From Phallusia mammillata (taxonomy: Eukaryota), in the NCBI GenBank assembly GCA_965637545.1, contig OZ281494.1:12338001-12402000 (forward strand): 64,000 nucleotides of DNA. The letters are read 5' to 3'. Positions 24,641 through 35,519 of this stretch are shown one piece after another. Numbering within the stretch: the first letter of the stretch is position 1; each line of letters starts with the position of its first letter. The notes under the pieces are model-generated. The model worked only from the letters and a program-made list of their open reading frames with translations. It did no database searches and had not been told where the DNA came from. Position numbers and translations under genes: made by a program.

Positions 24641-25975
24641 TGTGGTTGACAACGCCTTCCCAAACAAAAATTCCCGTTTAACTGAAATTTTTGTTAGCCT
24701 ACATATAGCAAATTGGTCCACAACAGGCTATCGTGCCTAAATAGCAGTCCAGAAAATTGCATTTTCCCACAATGATATTTCTACGAACAAATTGCCTAGC
24801 CAGTTCCGGAATGCAACGATAAGGAAACGTAGAATAAAAATGTCAGGAAATACCACATATCAGCTAATGTACGAAACATCGACTGTACAAGAAAATGTTA
24901 ACATAAACGTTGTCATACGCAGTTTTGGCTTGGAACGGTGCAATATAACTTATAGAATATAAATCTTTCAAAAATAGTGGGGAACTTTTTTGTATAACCT
25001 TACACTTTGTAAAGAAACAAAAACTGACGTCCGTAGTTGTCCTGGCAAACATACAAGCCATTACATAATAATTTGTACTACATTGAAAATTGAATGAAAA
25101 CGTGCAAAACCTGACCTTAAAATGAAACAATTTACAGCTTACTTATAGAAAGCTTTCTTAGGCCAGTTGCGAAATAAGTCCGTTTGAAAAAGTGTAATTC
25201 ATTTGTCGACGTTGTTTCGGAGCCTGGTTGAACGTATTGCAATTATACGGCTGCATATTTCTGATGGAAATTATATAGTGTTGTTGCATGATTGCAAGTA
25301 AGTTTGTTTTCAATCCCTAATCAAACAGTTAATAATGCCTTGCCTAGTTTGTGTGCACGTTTTGTTAAACGAAAAAATATGTTATGTGTTGCGAACAATA
25401 TTTGTTCCTCAAAGACCGATAATGTTATTTTAGATAATGTTTTGTAAACTGTTAACAAATAAAACTCACTAAGTCAGTTTGGAAGTAATTTACAATGTCG
25501 TCAGTTCAGCAAGACGGATGCGTTAAATATTCAGGAAATAAGTCGTACATCACGTGTTTGTTGTTCGTGGTCCCTGATGCTGATAATCTTTTTATGTAGG
25601 GCGAGTGTTTGCAAATCAGAGATATACACCTTTCAGCTTAGAAACAGCAACATACATTGATTACAGCATACGTATGGTCAGAGATAAGTTTCAATACATA
25701 ACTTAGTTCAATCTTGCAGTTATTTCCTCAATGATGAAAATGCGACTGATAAACTTATAACCACACCGAGAGTTGTTGCAAGAAATTAAATTTAATACAG
25801 AGCTTTTTGCTAGGTCTGTATAAAATATATCCGCCCAACAAAGCGCAGCTCTTTTGTATAAAGGGGGTGTGCCTTTTCGATGTACAAACATAAGCAAATG
25901 TCGTGTCCGTGAGTGTTGCAATCAATATTTCACTTTTTTGTAAGAAAGGTGTAAAAGCAATCAACATAATCCAAT

Positions 25976-27448
25976 ATGGGTGATAGTAAGACATTGGATG
26001 ATAATCATTCTGATGAGACCACGTTGGCTACAGAATTGAACGAACCTTGCTACAAAGTGTACAAAAGACGTTGGTTTCTTCTCGCAACGTTATGGGTTCT
26101 TAATTTATCCAACGCTTTAGCTTGGCTGTCATTTGGACCAGTGGCTTATAATTCAGCCACGTTTTATCACACAAATCTGAAAACTATTAACTGGTTGTCC
26201 ATAGTGTACATGGTTATTGGAGTACCTTGTGGTATACTGGCAACTTGGACAATTGACACCATTGGTTTACGATTCTCAGTTATTTTAGGAGCGTGGCTAA
26301 ATGCTGTTGGATGTATGATACGCATTATTAGCGCCGTGGACGGCATCATACCATCAGCAAAGCTTCCACTTGTGTTTCTTGGCCAATGTTCTGCAGCATT
26401 TGCTGGGCCGTTTCTGTTGTTTTCGCCGACTAAACTGGCTGCTCTGTGGTTTCGTGAAGACCAAAGAGCTGTAGCTAACATGCTGGCGACCATTGCTAAT
26501 CCATTAGGTCTTATGTTCTGTAATATTTTGTCACCAATTTTACTTACAACGCCAGGAAAAATGCTTTATATGCTAAGTATTGAAAGCATTCCAGCTCTTC
26601 TTGCTGTGTTGATGGCAACGTTTGGTTGGTGGAGCAGTAGTCCTCCTACACCACCATCGCCCAGTGCTGCAACCAAATCTGAAAATTTCTTTCAAGGGTT
26701 GAAAAGTTTGTCCAGAAATTGGATGTACTTGCTTTTGGTGGCAACAGTTGGTGCTGGGATTGCTTTGTTTAGTTCCTTGGTTACCCTGCTATTTCAGATA
26801 CTTTGCCCTTGGGGTTACAACACATACTATGCGGGCGTTGTTTGTGGCGGCGTTCTTATTGGCGCTGGTTTTATTGGATCTGGAATTGGGGGTGCAATAG
26901 TTGACAAAACAAAGCGTTTTACAGAAGTAACAAAAATCGGGTTTGCCCTGGCAATATGTGCTTTGGTGGCTTTTGCAATCTTGCACAATCGCACTCATCA
27001 ATGGGCAGCCATTGCGGTGGTTTGTGGAATCTTTGGATTTTTTGGAATTCCTGTTTATCCAATTGGCAACGAGCTTGCCGTGGAGGCGACGTATCCAGTA
27101 GGCGAAGCAACAAGTTCCGGAATGATATTTATATCTGGACAACTCCAAGGAGTAATACTCATACTGGTCATGCAATCAATTGCAACAAAACTGCAAATAA
27201 GTGAGTTGAAACATCAGCAATGTACCAGTAGTAATCACGGAAGTTCTACTCCAGTTTACGACATGTCAATCCCGGTGTATGTCATGGTTGCTTATGGCGG
27301 ATGTGTTTGTATATTGTACTTAATTTTTTTCCGTACCAAGTACCATCGACTATCAGCGGAGGCAGATTCTCCGAAAACTGGCAACAGAAATAACGAATCT
27401 GACCCACTAGCATCTGAAACCACACCTTTAACGATAAAAAACAATTGA
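25976..27448 (+). CDS. SLC49A3: MFS transporter SLC49A3/MFSD7-like, copy 1, intronless CDS (490 aa)
   Basis: Single ORF with about 12 hydrophobic segments. YKVYKRRWFLL, SNALAWLSFGPVA, PTKLAALWFREDQRA.ANML, IVDKTKRFTEVTK and ELAVEATYPVGEATSSG are characteristic of SLC49A3/MFSD7 (FLVCR-related). Confidence 0.88.
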   Translation: MGDSKTLDDNHSDETTLATELNEPCYKVYKRRWFLLATLWVLNLSNALAWLSFGPVAYNSATFYHTNLKTINWLSIVYMVIGVPCGILATWTIDTIGLRFSVILGAWLNAVGCMIRIISAVDGIIPSAKLPLVFLGQCSAAFAGPFLLFSPTKLAALWFREDQRAVANMLATIANPLGLMFCNILSPILLTTPGKMLYMLSIESIPALLAVLMATFGWWSSSPPTPPSPSAATKSENFFQGLKSLSRNWMYLLLVATVGAGIALFSSLVTLLFQILCPWGYNTYYAGVVCGGVLIGAGFIGSGIGGAIVDKTKRFTEVTKIGFALAICALVAFAILHNRTHQWAAIAVVCGIFGFFGIPVYPIGNELAVEATYPVGEATSSGMIFISGQLQGVILILVMQSIATKLQISELKHQQCTSSNHGSSTPVYDMSIPVYVMVAYGGCVCILYLIFFRTKYHRLSAEADSPKTGNRNNESDPLASETTPLTIKNN

Positions 27449-28068
27449 TGTTTTTTTCCATTTTTATTTACTTATTCTAGAATAATTATTTCGAATCCTG
27501 TTCTTTTATCATTTTTAACTGAGCATGCCGGGAATCAGGACAACAGTAAAAGCAATCAACCAGTTTAACAAAGTTGGACCGGGAATACATGTATAAATCC
27601 TTGTTAAACTACCTGCGCTTCTGCAGTACGTAAGTTGATTCTTGTAGTGTACACTTTTTAAAAAAATTTTTTTAGTGTTTGTTTGGTTTTTACAAAGGCC
27701 CCAAACGTGACATGATATTGCACTAGGCACTCCGGCATTCTCTTCGCGATATTCACAGACAATCTCGAAGCTTCTGCTTTTTAAATCACGAAAATTTTTT
27801 TGTTTTGTTAAAATCGGATTAAAGTTAAACTCTGACGACATGTTTGCAAAACGCATCTCAACTGAGTCACTGATGCGTAACAAACAAGCGTCACGTGCTA
27901 ATCGTTAAGCATGTTACGTTGTTTTTAGTTTTTACTGACTTGACACCGGCGAGTCCTTTGATCTTTATTAAGGGGATTCGATACTATTTTTTGAACATCC
28001 ATGCCATCACGTAATAATCATCTGACTATCGGCACATGCGATTTTTGAAACTACGCATGCGTAACCCC

Positions 28069-30892
28069 CATTGATCTCTATAATCACTGGATTGCGCTAC
28101 TCCGTTGAACGGTTGGGTGATTTGTGAAGCAAATTGAAGCGTAATGGCGGCTGCAAAAGGAAGCCCCAAAAATGCATTGCGGGCAATGGGGAGAGAGTGG
28201 GAAAATGTCACTAAATTTTGTTTTAAGCAATTTTTGCAGATATGATTTGTAGTTTAATAGCACGCATGTATTCCAGTGTGTAATAGCCAAAAAATATGCG
28301 TAGATTGACTGTGAGGTGTTTGTATGTGTACTGGGAATTAAAACGTTTTTAAGTTAGTGTTGAAATAAATCTTTACTGAGTTGTAATAAATGTTTTTTAG
28401 TGCAATATGAGTAGTTTACATGCGTTCCTCTATATTTAAGACATAAATCCAACAAGAATGGCTCTTTCCTTCACACATGATGATGTGATACTTCATTTAA
28501 CATCATCTTGTGCTGGTCCAAACTGCTGTTTTTTGATTGGCACCAAAGTCTTCCCAGATAGCAAGACTTAGTTGGGTAACCGTTGGCCAACATCTTTTTG
28601 GTTGGCGTTGGCTAATCGTCTAAATATATAATTGGACAAACGTTGGCTAACTGTTAGTGTTAAAACTCAAAACCTCCTTGAAATGCGTCTTGCCCCTACG
28701 TGGCGGCGCCCATGCCTACACTAATACACATCACAGTCAATCTACGCATATTTATAGGTTATTACACACTGGAATACATGCATCCTACTAATCTGCAAAT
28801 CATATCTGCAAAAATCGCTATGCAAATACCTAAAACAAAAATTATCGTCCTTTTTCCACTCTCTCCCCATTGCCCGCAATGCATTTTTGGGGCTTCCTTT
28901 TGCAGCCGCCATTACGCTTCAATTTGCTTGCTTCAACCATAGATAACTTATAACTTAATTCACTAGATACGCAACTCGGCGAAATCGCTCAGACAGGTCA
29001 CGCTTGAATGAACCAGTACACATTGGCTTCTTTACAATGGCGGGCAATGGGTGAAGAGTGAAGATATTGGCAAAAAATAGCAATTTATTGCATTAAACGT
29101 CAAATCACTTTGGAATTGAAGTGATAATAAACTTGCAGGTTACGTAAGTGTCATGTATCTCTTGTATTTTATTCGTTTTTAGAAGTTTATTGTGTGTTTT
29201 AAAAGGATCACTAACCGTTTTTGTTTGATTGATTTTGTATGTTAAATATACCATGGACAAGACTAAATTCTCGTATTTGTGATTTAGTTGTATTTCTGTG
29301 TAATAGCTAGGTTAGCCACACCGTGCCAGCCAATGGCAAAAAATCTTTGTTTAAAATAGGCAATCCTGAATTTAAAAGCTACTCTGATATGAAGAAACAT
29401 TACAGCAACTTACAAAAATGTGTGCTCTCATTGCGTGACCCAACTTAGGGAGACATAATACATGCTTCATAAAGAAACGTAATATTAATTTCCTTTTAAC
29501 CCACTTCTGTTGTCAAAATCAAACAGTAATTCTTTTAGAGCATTCATATGTGAAGATCAATTTGAAAAAACGATCTGCTGATTATTGGTTGCAGAAAAAA
29601 GTTTAAAATTGGTGCTTTGCCATCCCAAAAAATTCCTAAACAGCAGTACAGGACAAAATTGGTAACATTGCCCATGAACATATAAATGTTTATTACAGCT
29701 AAAATCATTTGTTGTGGCCAAGACAAGCAGAAAAGCACCATTTGACAGAAAGGTTCTTTCATAAGTTAAACACCACAGCGTTAAAAGTGTTGAGAAAGCT
29801 TTTAAACAATTAGGTCCTCAGCTGAAAGTTAGTACACACTTCTTAAGTTAACAATTCATTTTAAACAACAAGTTGTACAATATTTAGAAAAGTGGAAACA
29901 CTCACTATGAGTGGCAAGCCTCATTTTTTAAAAATGCAATGTAAAAATGCTTCAAAGACCATTAATCGGAGACGGTACCACCCTGATGTGGTTCATTGGG
30001 CAATTGAGTTGTTTGCTAGAGCTCCAGCAGCGTATAATCATCTCAGAACCAGTGGTGTTCTTATATTGCCATCATCACGTACTTTACAGTAGTACAGGTA
30101 TAAGTTGCAATTTTACACATAATTTTTTGAACTGACATATCATCACACAATCCTAAAAAACACTGTATGGTAGATTGTTAAAAATATTGGCTCTGGTGCA
30201 TGTGGTATCAACCAATTGGTAGTCAATGCTCTGTGGATGCAAAGTTAGTTAACAGCAGCAATTTATGCACTTTTTCATGTTTTTTTTAATTTATTATTTT
30301 CATGTAGTCAAGAAAATCGGTATTCTAGGAAGGCCACTTAGTTGGATTTATTGACTACGGGGCCAGAAATGCAGACACCATAATGGCAACCCATATATGT
30401 AGCAAGGTGGTACACACATGCAAATTGTGCAATTCAGCGAATTCAAAGTCCAAACTTGCTACATAAATAAGGTTAATTGCCATTTTTTTATGATATTATT
30501 CAGAAAATTCCAAAAACTAAAACATTTTTATCAAACTAAACGCCGCAGCTCAAAAAACTATCGACAAGACGACAAAATATGTGTATGTTCTTACCAATGC
30601 ACACGAAATGTGTACTTGTTCATTCGAACGTGCAACGTCTGAAGGAAGGCAAAACCAATATATTCGCGTTCGTGGTAATTAAATTAGATTTGTTAAAATA
30701 AAAATGTTTAAAAAATACATCAACAAAACATAACTACACATTAAAAGCTACATCTTGTTCTATGTAGTAATTCACCCGAGAGATTTTTTTTAATATTTAG
30801 TCGGCAGACGAGTTGCGCATCTAGTGAATTAAGTTATCTATGCTTCAACCGTGACGGCCAGTAGCGCGATCCAGTGTTTATAGAGATCAGTG
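28069..30892. mobile_element. Non-autonomous P-like foldback transposon with long (about 260 bp) TIRs, interrupted by a nested P element
   Basis: Termini CATTGATCTCTATAA / TTATAGAGATCAGTG. Perfect 8-bp TSD GTAACCCC at 28061-28068 and 30893-30900. Left arm 28069-28330 pairs with 28730-28937 plus 30843-30892. Confidence 0.85.
28938..30842 (+). mobile_element. Internally deleted P-element/THAP9-like transposon
   Basis: TIR CATAGATAACTT..AACTTAATTCACTAGAT.CGCAACTC / GAGTTGCG.ATCTAGTGAATTAAGTTATCTATG. 7-bp TSD CTTCAAC. Transposase remnants RRRYHPDVVHWAIELFARAPAAYNHLRTSGVLILPSSRTL (29892-30092) and GHLVGFIDYG...ATH (about 30335-30400). Confidence 0.88.
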
Positions 30893-30902
30893 GTAACCCC
30901 GC

Positions 30903-33900
30903 GTGGTAAGCACTTTTTTACAGTCAGTAGGGCATTAACAACCGTGAATGAAGAAAGGCGATTTATGACGTCACAATACAACTGTCACAACTTGGCTCTA
31001 GTGTGTGTTCTTCGTTTTGGTTAAGAAAAGGTAAGGTTTTAGTTTATAAAATTAGTCTTGGTTTCTGTATCACGTGGAATATAAAGTGTAAACATTAAGA
31101 TAAATGTAACTATATAGCCTCTGTTTCAGCGTAACCAGACTAGCAGTCAACACAGTTTGCAACTTTAGGGACTAAAAAATGCGAAGTGAACGTCAAGTTA
31201 CATCATTAGTAGGAAACTGAAAATGCCTTTTTACTTTAGTGCTTTCAACCAAACGATGATACCCGACGGTCGCAACAGTTTCTTCCACTACTATTTATGG
31301 GAAGACAGCTAGCACTTGCTTCGTTATTTAAAAAACGCAATTAATACCTTAGCAGACGTTTCTTATAGCCTTTGCTCGGAAATAACTGCAGGTGATTTAT
31401 AATGATAAAAATTCGTTACCACATAAATTTTGCAAAATCTGTGTTTATTTAGGTTTGCACTTTAAATGGCGAATAAAAAAACAACAATACGCTTTCTAGA
31501 GGAAGTCAAGAGGACACTGACAAAAAGCACAGATTTGTAGAAATACGTTGCAAATGAGTCAGGTAAAACAATTTTAAATGTTCATTGCAATAGACTTTTA
31601 AAATGCCAAAAATGCATTGAATGGCATATGACAGGCATCCCCACTGCTACAAGATAATCTTTAATGTACTGTTATAGACTATGGGAGTCTAGCATGACAA
31701 CTACCATCTATTTAAGTAACACAACAATACCAGGTTTTCAAGTACAACTTGATAATGCTAAAAAATGATAAGTAGAAATTTTTGGTCATCTGCCTAAAGG
31801 GAATACATATTGATTTCACTCCTTACAGTCATTTTTTTGTATTTTCCATCCCAGGTTTGGTCATATGTATTGTTAATGTTCTGTCAAGTGATATAAAATA
31901 ATCACCACTTGAAGATGTGGTTATGGTAGTGTACCATCAGTGGTTACCCCTGAATACCTTATAATATGTGAATTTATGAAACCATGTATTAACTAGAAAA
32001 AATGTCATTCTGAATGTCAGCTTGGTCTTCATAGGTACTTGTTATGTGTTCACAACTTCAGTAGCATTTCATTACACATATGTCACTCCTTTAAAAAATA
32101 TATTTACAGGTTGGATCTGACACATGCTTTTGGGGGTACTATACAAATTGCAAGGGGGTCTCAACTGCAATTTTGTCACAATATATTGTGTCTTTTTCAT
32201 GACTGCATTCAAGTGCTACATTTTGTGTGTTTACTTTCATTTTCTTTACTTTCAAATAAACTCAAATCAAGTGCAGATTTTTTTTAAAATAGGTTAATAA
32301 GAGGTAGTTTAAAAAGCAATATAACTAGTGTCAATATCACAGAGAGCAACAAGAGGCCAAATAATCAATATCAAGGTATTAAAACATGTTTTCCTCCTGT
32401 GATTGATGTTTCATGGTCTTTAGGCTCAAACAAATTTATTGTTTATTATATTATTATATTAACACATCTGCAATACAAAGATAAACATAAAGTTCTTATA
32501 GAAACAAGAAAATTTATGTATATTTTAAATTATCAGCAGGCTCCAATATCCAGTTCTGTTATAAACCTGTTCAAATAGTCAAGTTTTGTGGCAAACACCA
32601 TTAGTTTTTGTGGAAAATACTATTACAAACAGTTAAATCTGATTATTCAGACAGACAAGTCGCAGATTAAAGGTTGTACATTTCAATGTGTTAATTTAAA
32701 ATATTTGCAAAGTCGTTTCATGCTTCCCCTGAAACTAATACCGATTTTACACAAACTACAGTTCATTGTTTGGCAGAGGCAAATACCTAAAAATGCCAGA
32801 AAAGTTTATGTTCAATTTAAAAATGTTCCGCAGACAACCTATGCGCAAATGTGGCACAATTATCGGATTTAAAACATTACGGGATGTGTTTTCTCTTCAC
32901 TTTGCCTTAGCCTACAGTTAAGCTGTCTAAACTCCACATTTAAACCCGCGCCAAACTGGCAACAACCCTCTTGTGACGTAACAATCACAGGCTGTGGTTA
33001 CCGTTGTTAATGCCCTACTGACTGTAAAAAAGGTACTGGGATACCGTTGATACACAAAAATAACAATCAAAATGAAACGCGCTTATGACGTCATAACCAC
33101 ACTCCCGCATTACTTGTTTTAGCTACTTACCTCTTGCAACAAGGTAAATGATGTGGTTTAAACCATTTTGGCTACATGTTTAAATGTTTTTAGTGATTTT
33201 TTTTTATAAAATAATAGTGTTTAGAATTAAAACAAAAACAAATCAAAAAAGATAATCGCTGTCGTATATGAACATGTAAATTTTAGCCTTTTTGAGTGTG
33301 ACATTATACAAATTTTTTTTTTAAACAATATACTTTCGCATGAATGCGTGGCAAATATAAAGAATTGAATTATTAAAAGCCTAATGCTATCCGATGTGGA
33401 GTTAATTCAGTAAAATTGCACATAAAATTTTGTGCATGTTGGCTGCATAAAACATTAATATATAGCTTGATTGAGTCTATCTACTGGTCACTTTTAACTT
33501 GAATAGCAATGTTACATAAAAAACTGTTGCATTTTTTGTTTTATTTTGCAGAAAATTAATATGCAATACATAGTTGTTACAAATATTATACATAAACTTA
33601 TAAAACAGTATAAACACAACAGAATCAAACTTGTAAAAGATCAGTTAATGTCTTTCATGTTGCAAATAAGAACATTTGTTCTCCAGCGATGCTGAAGATA
33701 CCACCACATGCAATGTTAAACTATTTTGCAGTTTACTTTTGGCCCAACACAAAGGGATAATGCAGAAAGGGCTCAAGTTTCTTAATCAGCCAGTATGATG
33801 TTAATCTTAAAACAGTACTCAAAATGTGTAGATTATTTACTTTTGTTAAGCTTTCTCTTAATTCAATTCACTTCAGTATGCCTGTCATAAAATGTTTGGT

Positions 33901-34992
33901 TGACTTGTACTGAGTTTTGATGTTTGGGTAAAATAATGGTGGAGCATATTTGTAGTTCTTGGGTCACATGCAAACAGCAAGTATTCTGACAATGACAAAA
34001 AAGAAAGGAAACATTTCAAAGTAAAACTGATGCCAAGTACTGCAACGTTGGACTGGAACTGTACACTTTTATCATCAATTTTTATGTTTGGAAGAGTATC
34101 TGAATGGCCAATTTTTTTCTTTTTTTAAACTGGATTTTTGTTTTGTTTAAATGTGACAAGTTTGCATTTCAAAACCATATAATAAACCGATTTCAGATGT
34201 CATTTATCACTAACTTTTGGTGTTTGACCAAAAGTGCCTTTCCTTATGAAGATTTCATAAGTTTTGGCAATGAGAGTTGGTTGGCATCCAGCAGGTATGA
34301 GACAATAGATTTATAACCAATAGAAAGTATCTGTTCTTCCAGTAAATCTCACTTTTTTGTATCTGAAACAAGAGTGAAAAATAGGCAGTGACATGAATTA
34401 TTAGAAATTAAGATATGCCTGGCATGTATTAGTTTCATGAAAAGACTTACCACAAGTACGATGAAGGACACAATTAACCTACAGGTTGTTTAACAGCAGC
34501 GATCCTGTATGTACGGAAAAGTCTTAAAACAAACTTTTTTACTTGAAAATGATGCAATGATCACAAAAATATTACTTGTAACTTACCACTAGCAGGCTAC
34601 AATTTAAAATCGTAGAGTCGACTACTGTACGGTGTAATCAGGCGTATTCCAGCATTTAACAAAATGGACGGCGATGTTTCAAGCATAAAAGTCGAAAACC
34701 ACAAGCATAAAGAATTTGCTGGCTTTATAAAAATAACTTACCAGCCGATGCAATACATTTACCTCTAGTTCGCTACAGCGAATAACCTCGATAGGGGTCA
34801 CGCACCAAAAGGATGGCGTCTTTTAACTCACATAATTGACAATTTCTGCTCAATAACTAATTTAAGAGTTTAAGTAGGCTCAAAACACCATTTTTAGGGT
34901 TTCGCGCCAAATTCGTTGATTTCTTCTTGACAACGGTAACCCAGTACCTGCCGCTTCACATTAAGTGCTTACCGTAAAAAAGTGCTTACCAC
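30903..34992. mobile_element. Unclassified TIR element (X) whose right TIR is split by a second insertion
   Basis: Left end GTGGTAAGCACTTTTTTACAGTCAGTAGGGCATTAACAAC (30903-30942). Its reverse complement is found in two pieces, 33003-33031 and 34974-34992. No intact ORF. Confidence 0.6.
33032..34973. mobile_element. Unclassified insertion (Y) within the right TIR of element X
   Basis: Flanked by the direct repeat GTAAAAAA (33024-33031 and 34974-34981). Inverted repeat AGGTACTGGGATACCGTTG (33031) / CAACGGTAACCCAGTACCT (34931), 18 of 19 matching. Confidence 0.5.
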
Positions 34993-35519
34993 CCCGCGTC
35001 TCGTAATTTTGCTTCAAACTGGATGATGGAAAAGAAAAAAAGAGTTTGCTGTTGTTGCTGGTAAAATAATACATAGCAGTTTGTCTTACAGGTATGGTAA
35101 ATGTAGCAACACAGCTGTTGTAGCAAGGCTTTCTATATCATACATTGTTTCAGTTGATGTTAGGTTACTTAGGAAAACAAATTAAGATTTGTTCGTCTCA
35201 TCCATTCTGTTCGTACCAACTATCAGAACATTATTTATTTATAACTTCAGCACCTGGTCTTGAGGGAAAATAACTTTTTTGAGGGCGGTGGCTTAGGTGA
35301 AATAGCCTTGTTCTAAAGTTCTTCCACATAGTTTGTGGTATTGCAAGAACTGAAACATTTTCAATTTATTTCGGAAGCATACAACTAATGTATATGTAGT
35401 AATATAGGGTGGGGAAAAAATCATTGAATGTTTCTGGTGATAAATGTTTATGTTTTAGGTACTTTGCCTCATTTTTTGTTTATCAATATTCATCTGCCAC
35501 ATATGCTGTTTTAGGAAAC

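Larger units (their letters stand above)
12550..27290. repeat. Tandem segmental duplication: unit 1 about 12550-19320, unit 2 about 19320-27290 (SLC22 + shared upstream DNA + SLC49A3)
   Basis: Exon-by-exon colinearity of the two SLC22 genes. Intergenic 17150-18430 matches 24640-25650. SLC49A3 sequence follows in both units (18645 and 25976). Boundaries are approximate. Confidence 0.9.

Noticed and set aside
26167-27204. Antisense and alternate-frame ORFs over SLC49A3-1 (likewise 35711-36689 over copy 2)
   Set aside because: Shadow ORFs of a long coding sequence, with no independent features.
33650-34330. Possible YqaJ-type exonuclease remnant in Y, and a THAP-like HRLSAEHF near 32830 in X
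   Set aside because: Only faint resemblance across many stops. A profile search is needed before any superfamily call.
35409-35519. GTG start extending SLC49A3-2 to 529 aa
   Set aside because: The extension is AT-rich, contains acceptor-like TTTTAG sites and has no counterpart in copy 1. It is more likely 5' UTR intron or exon.
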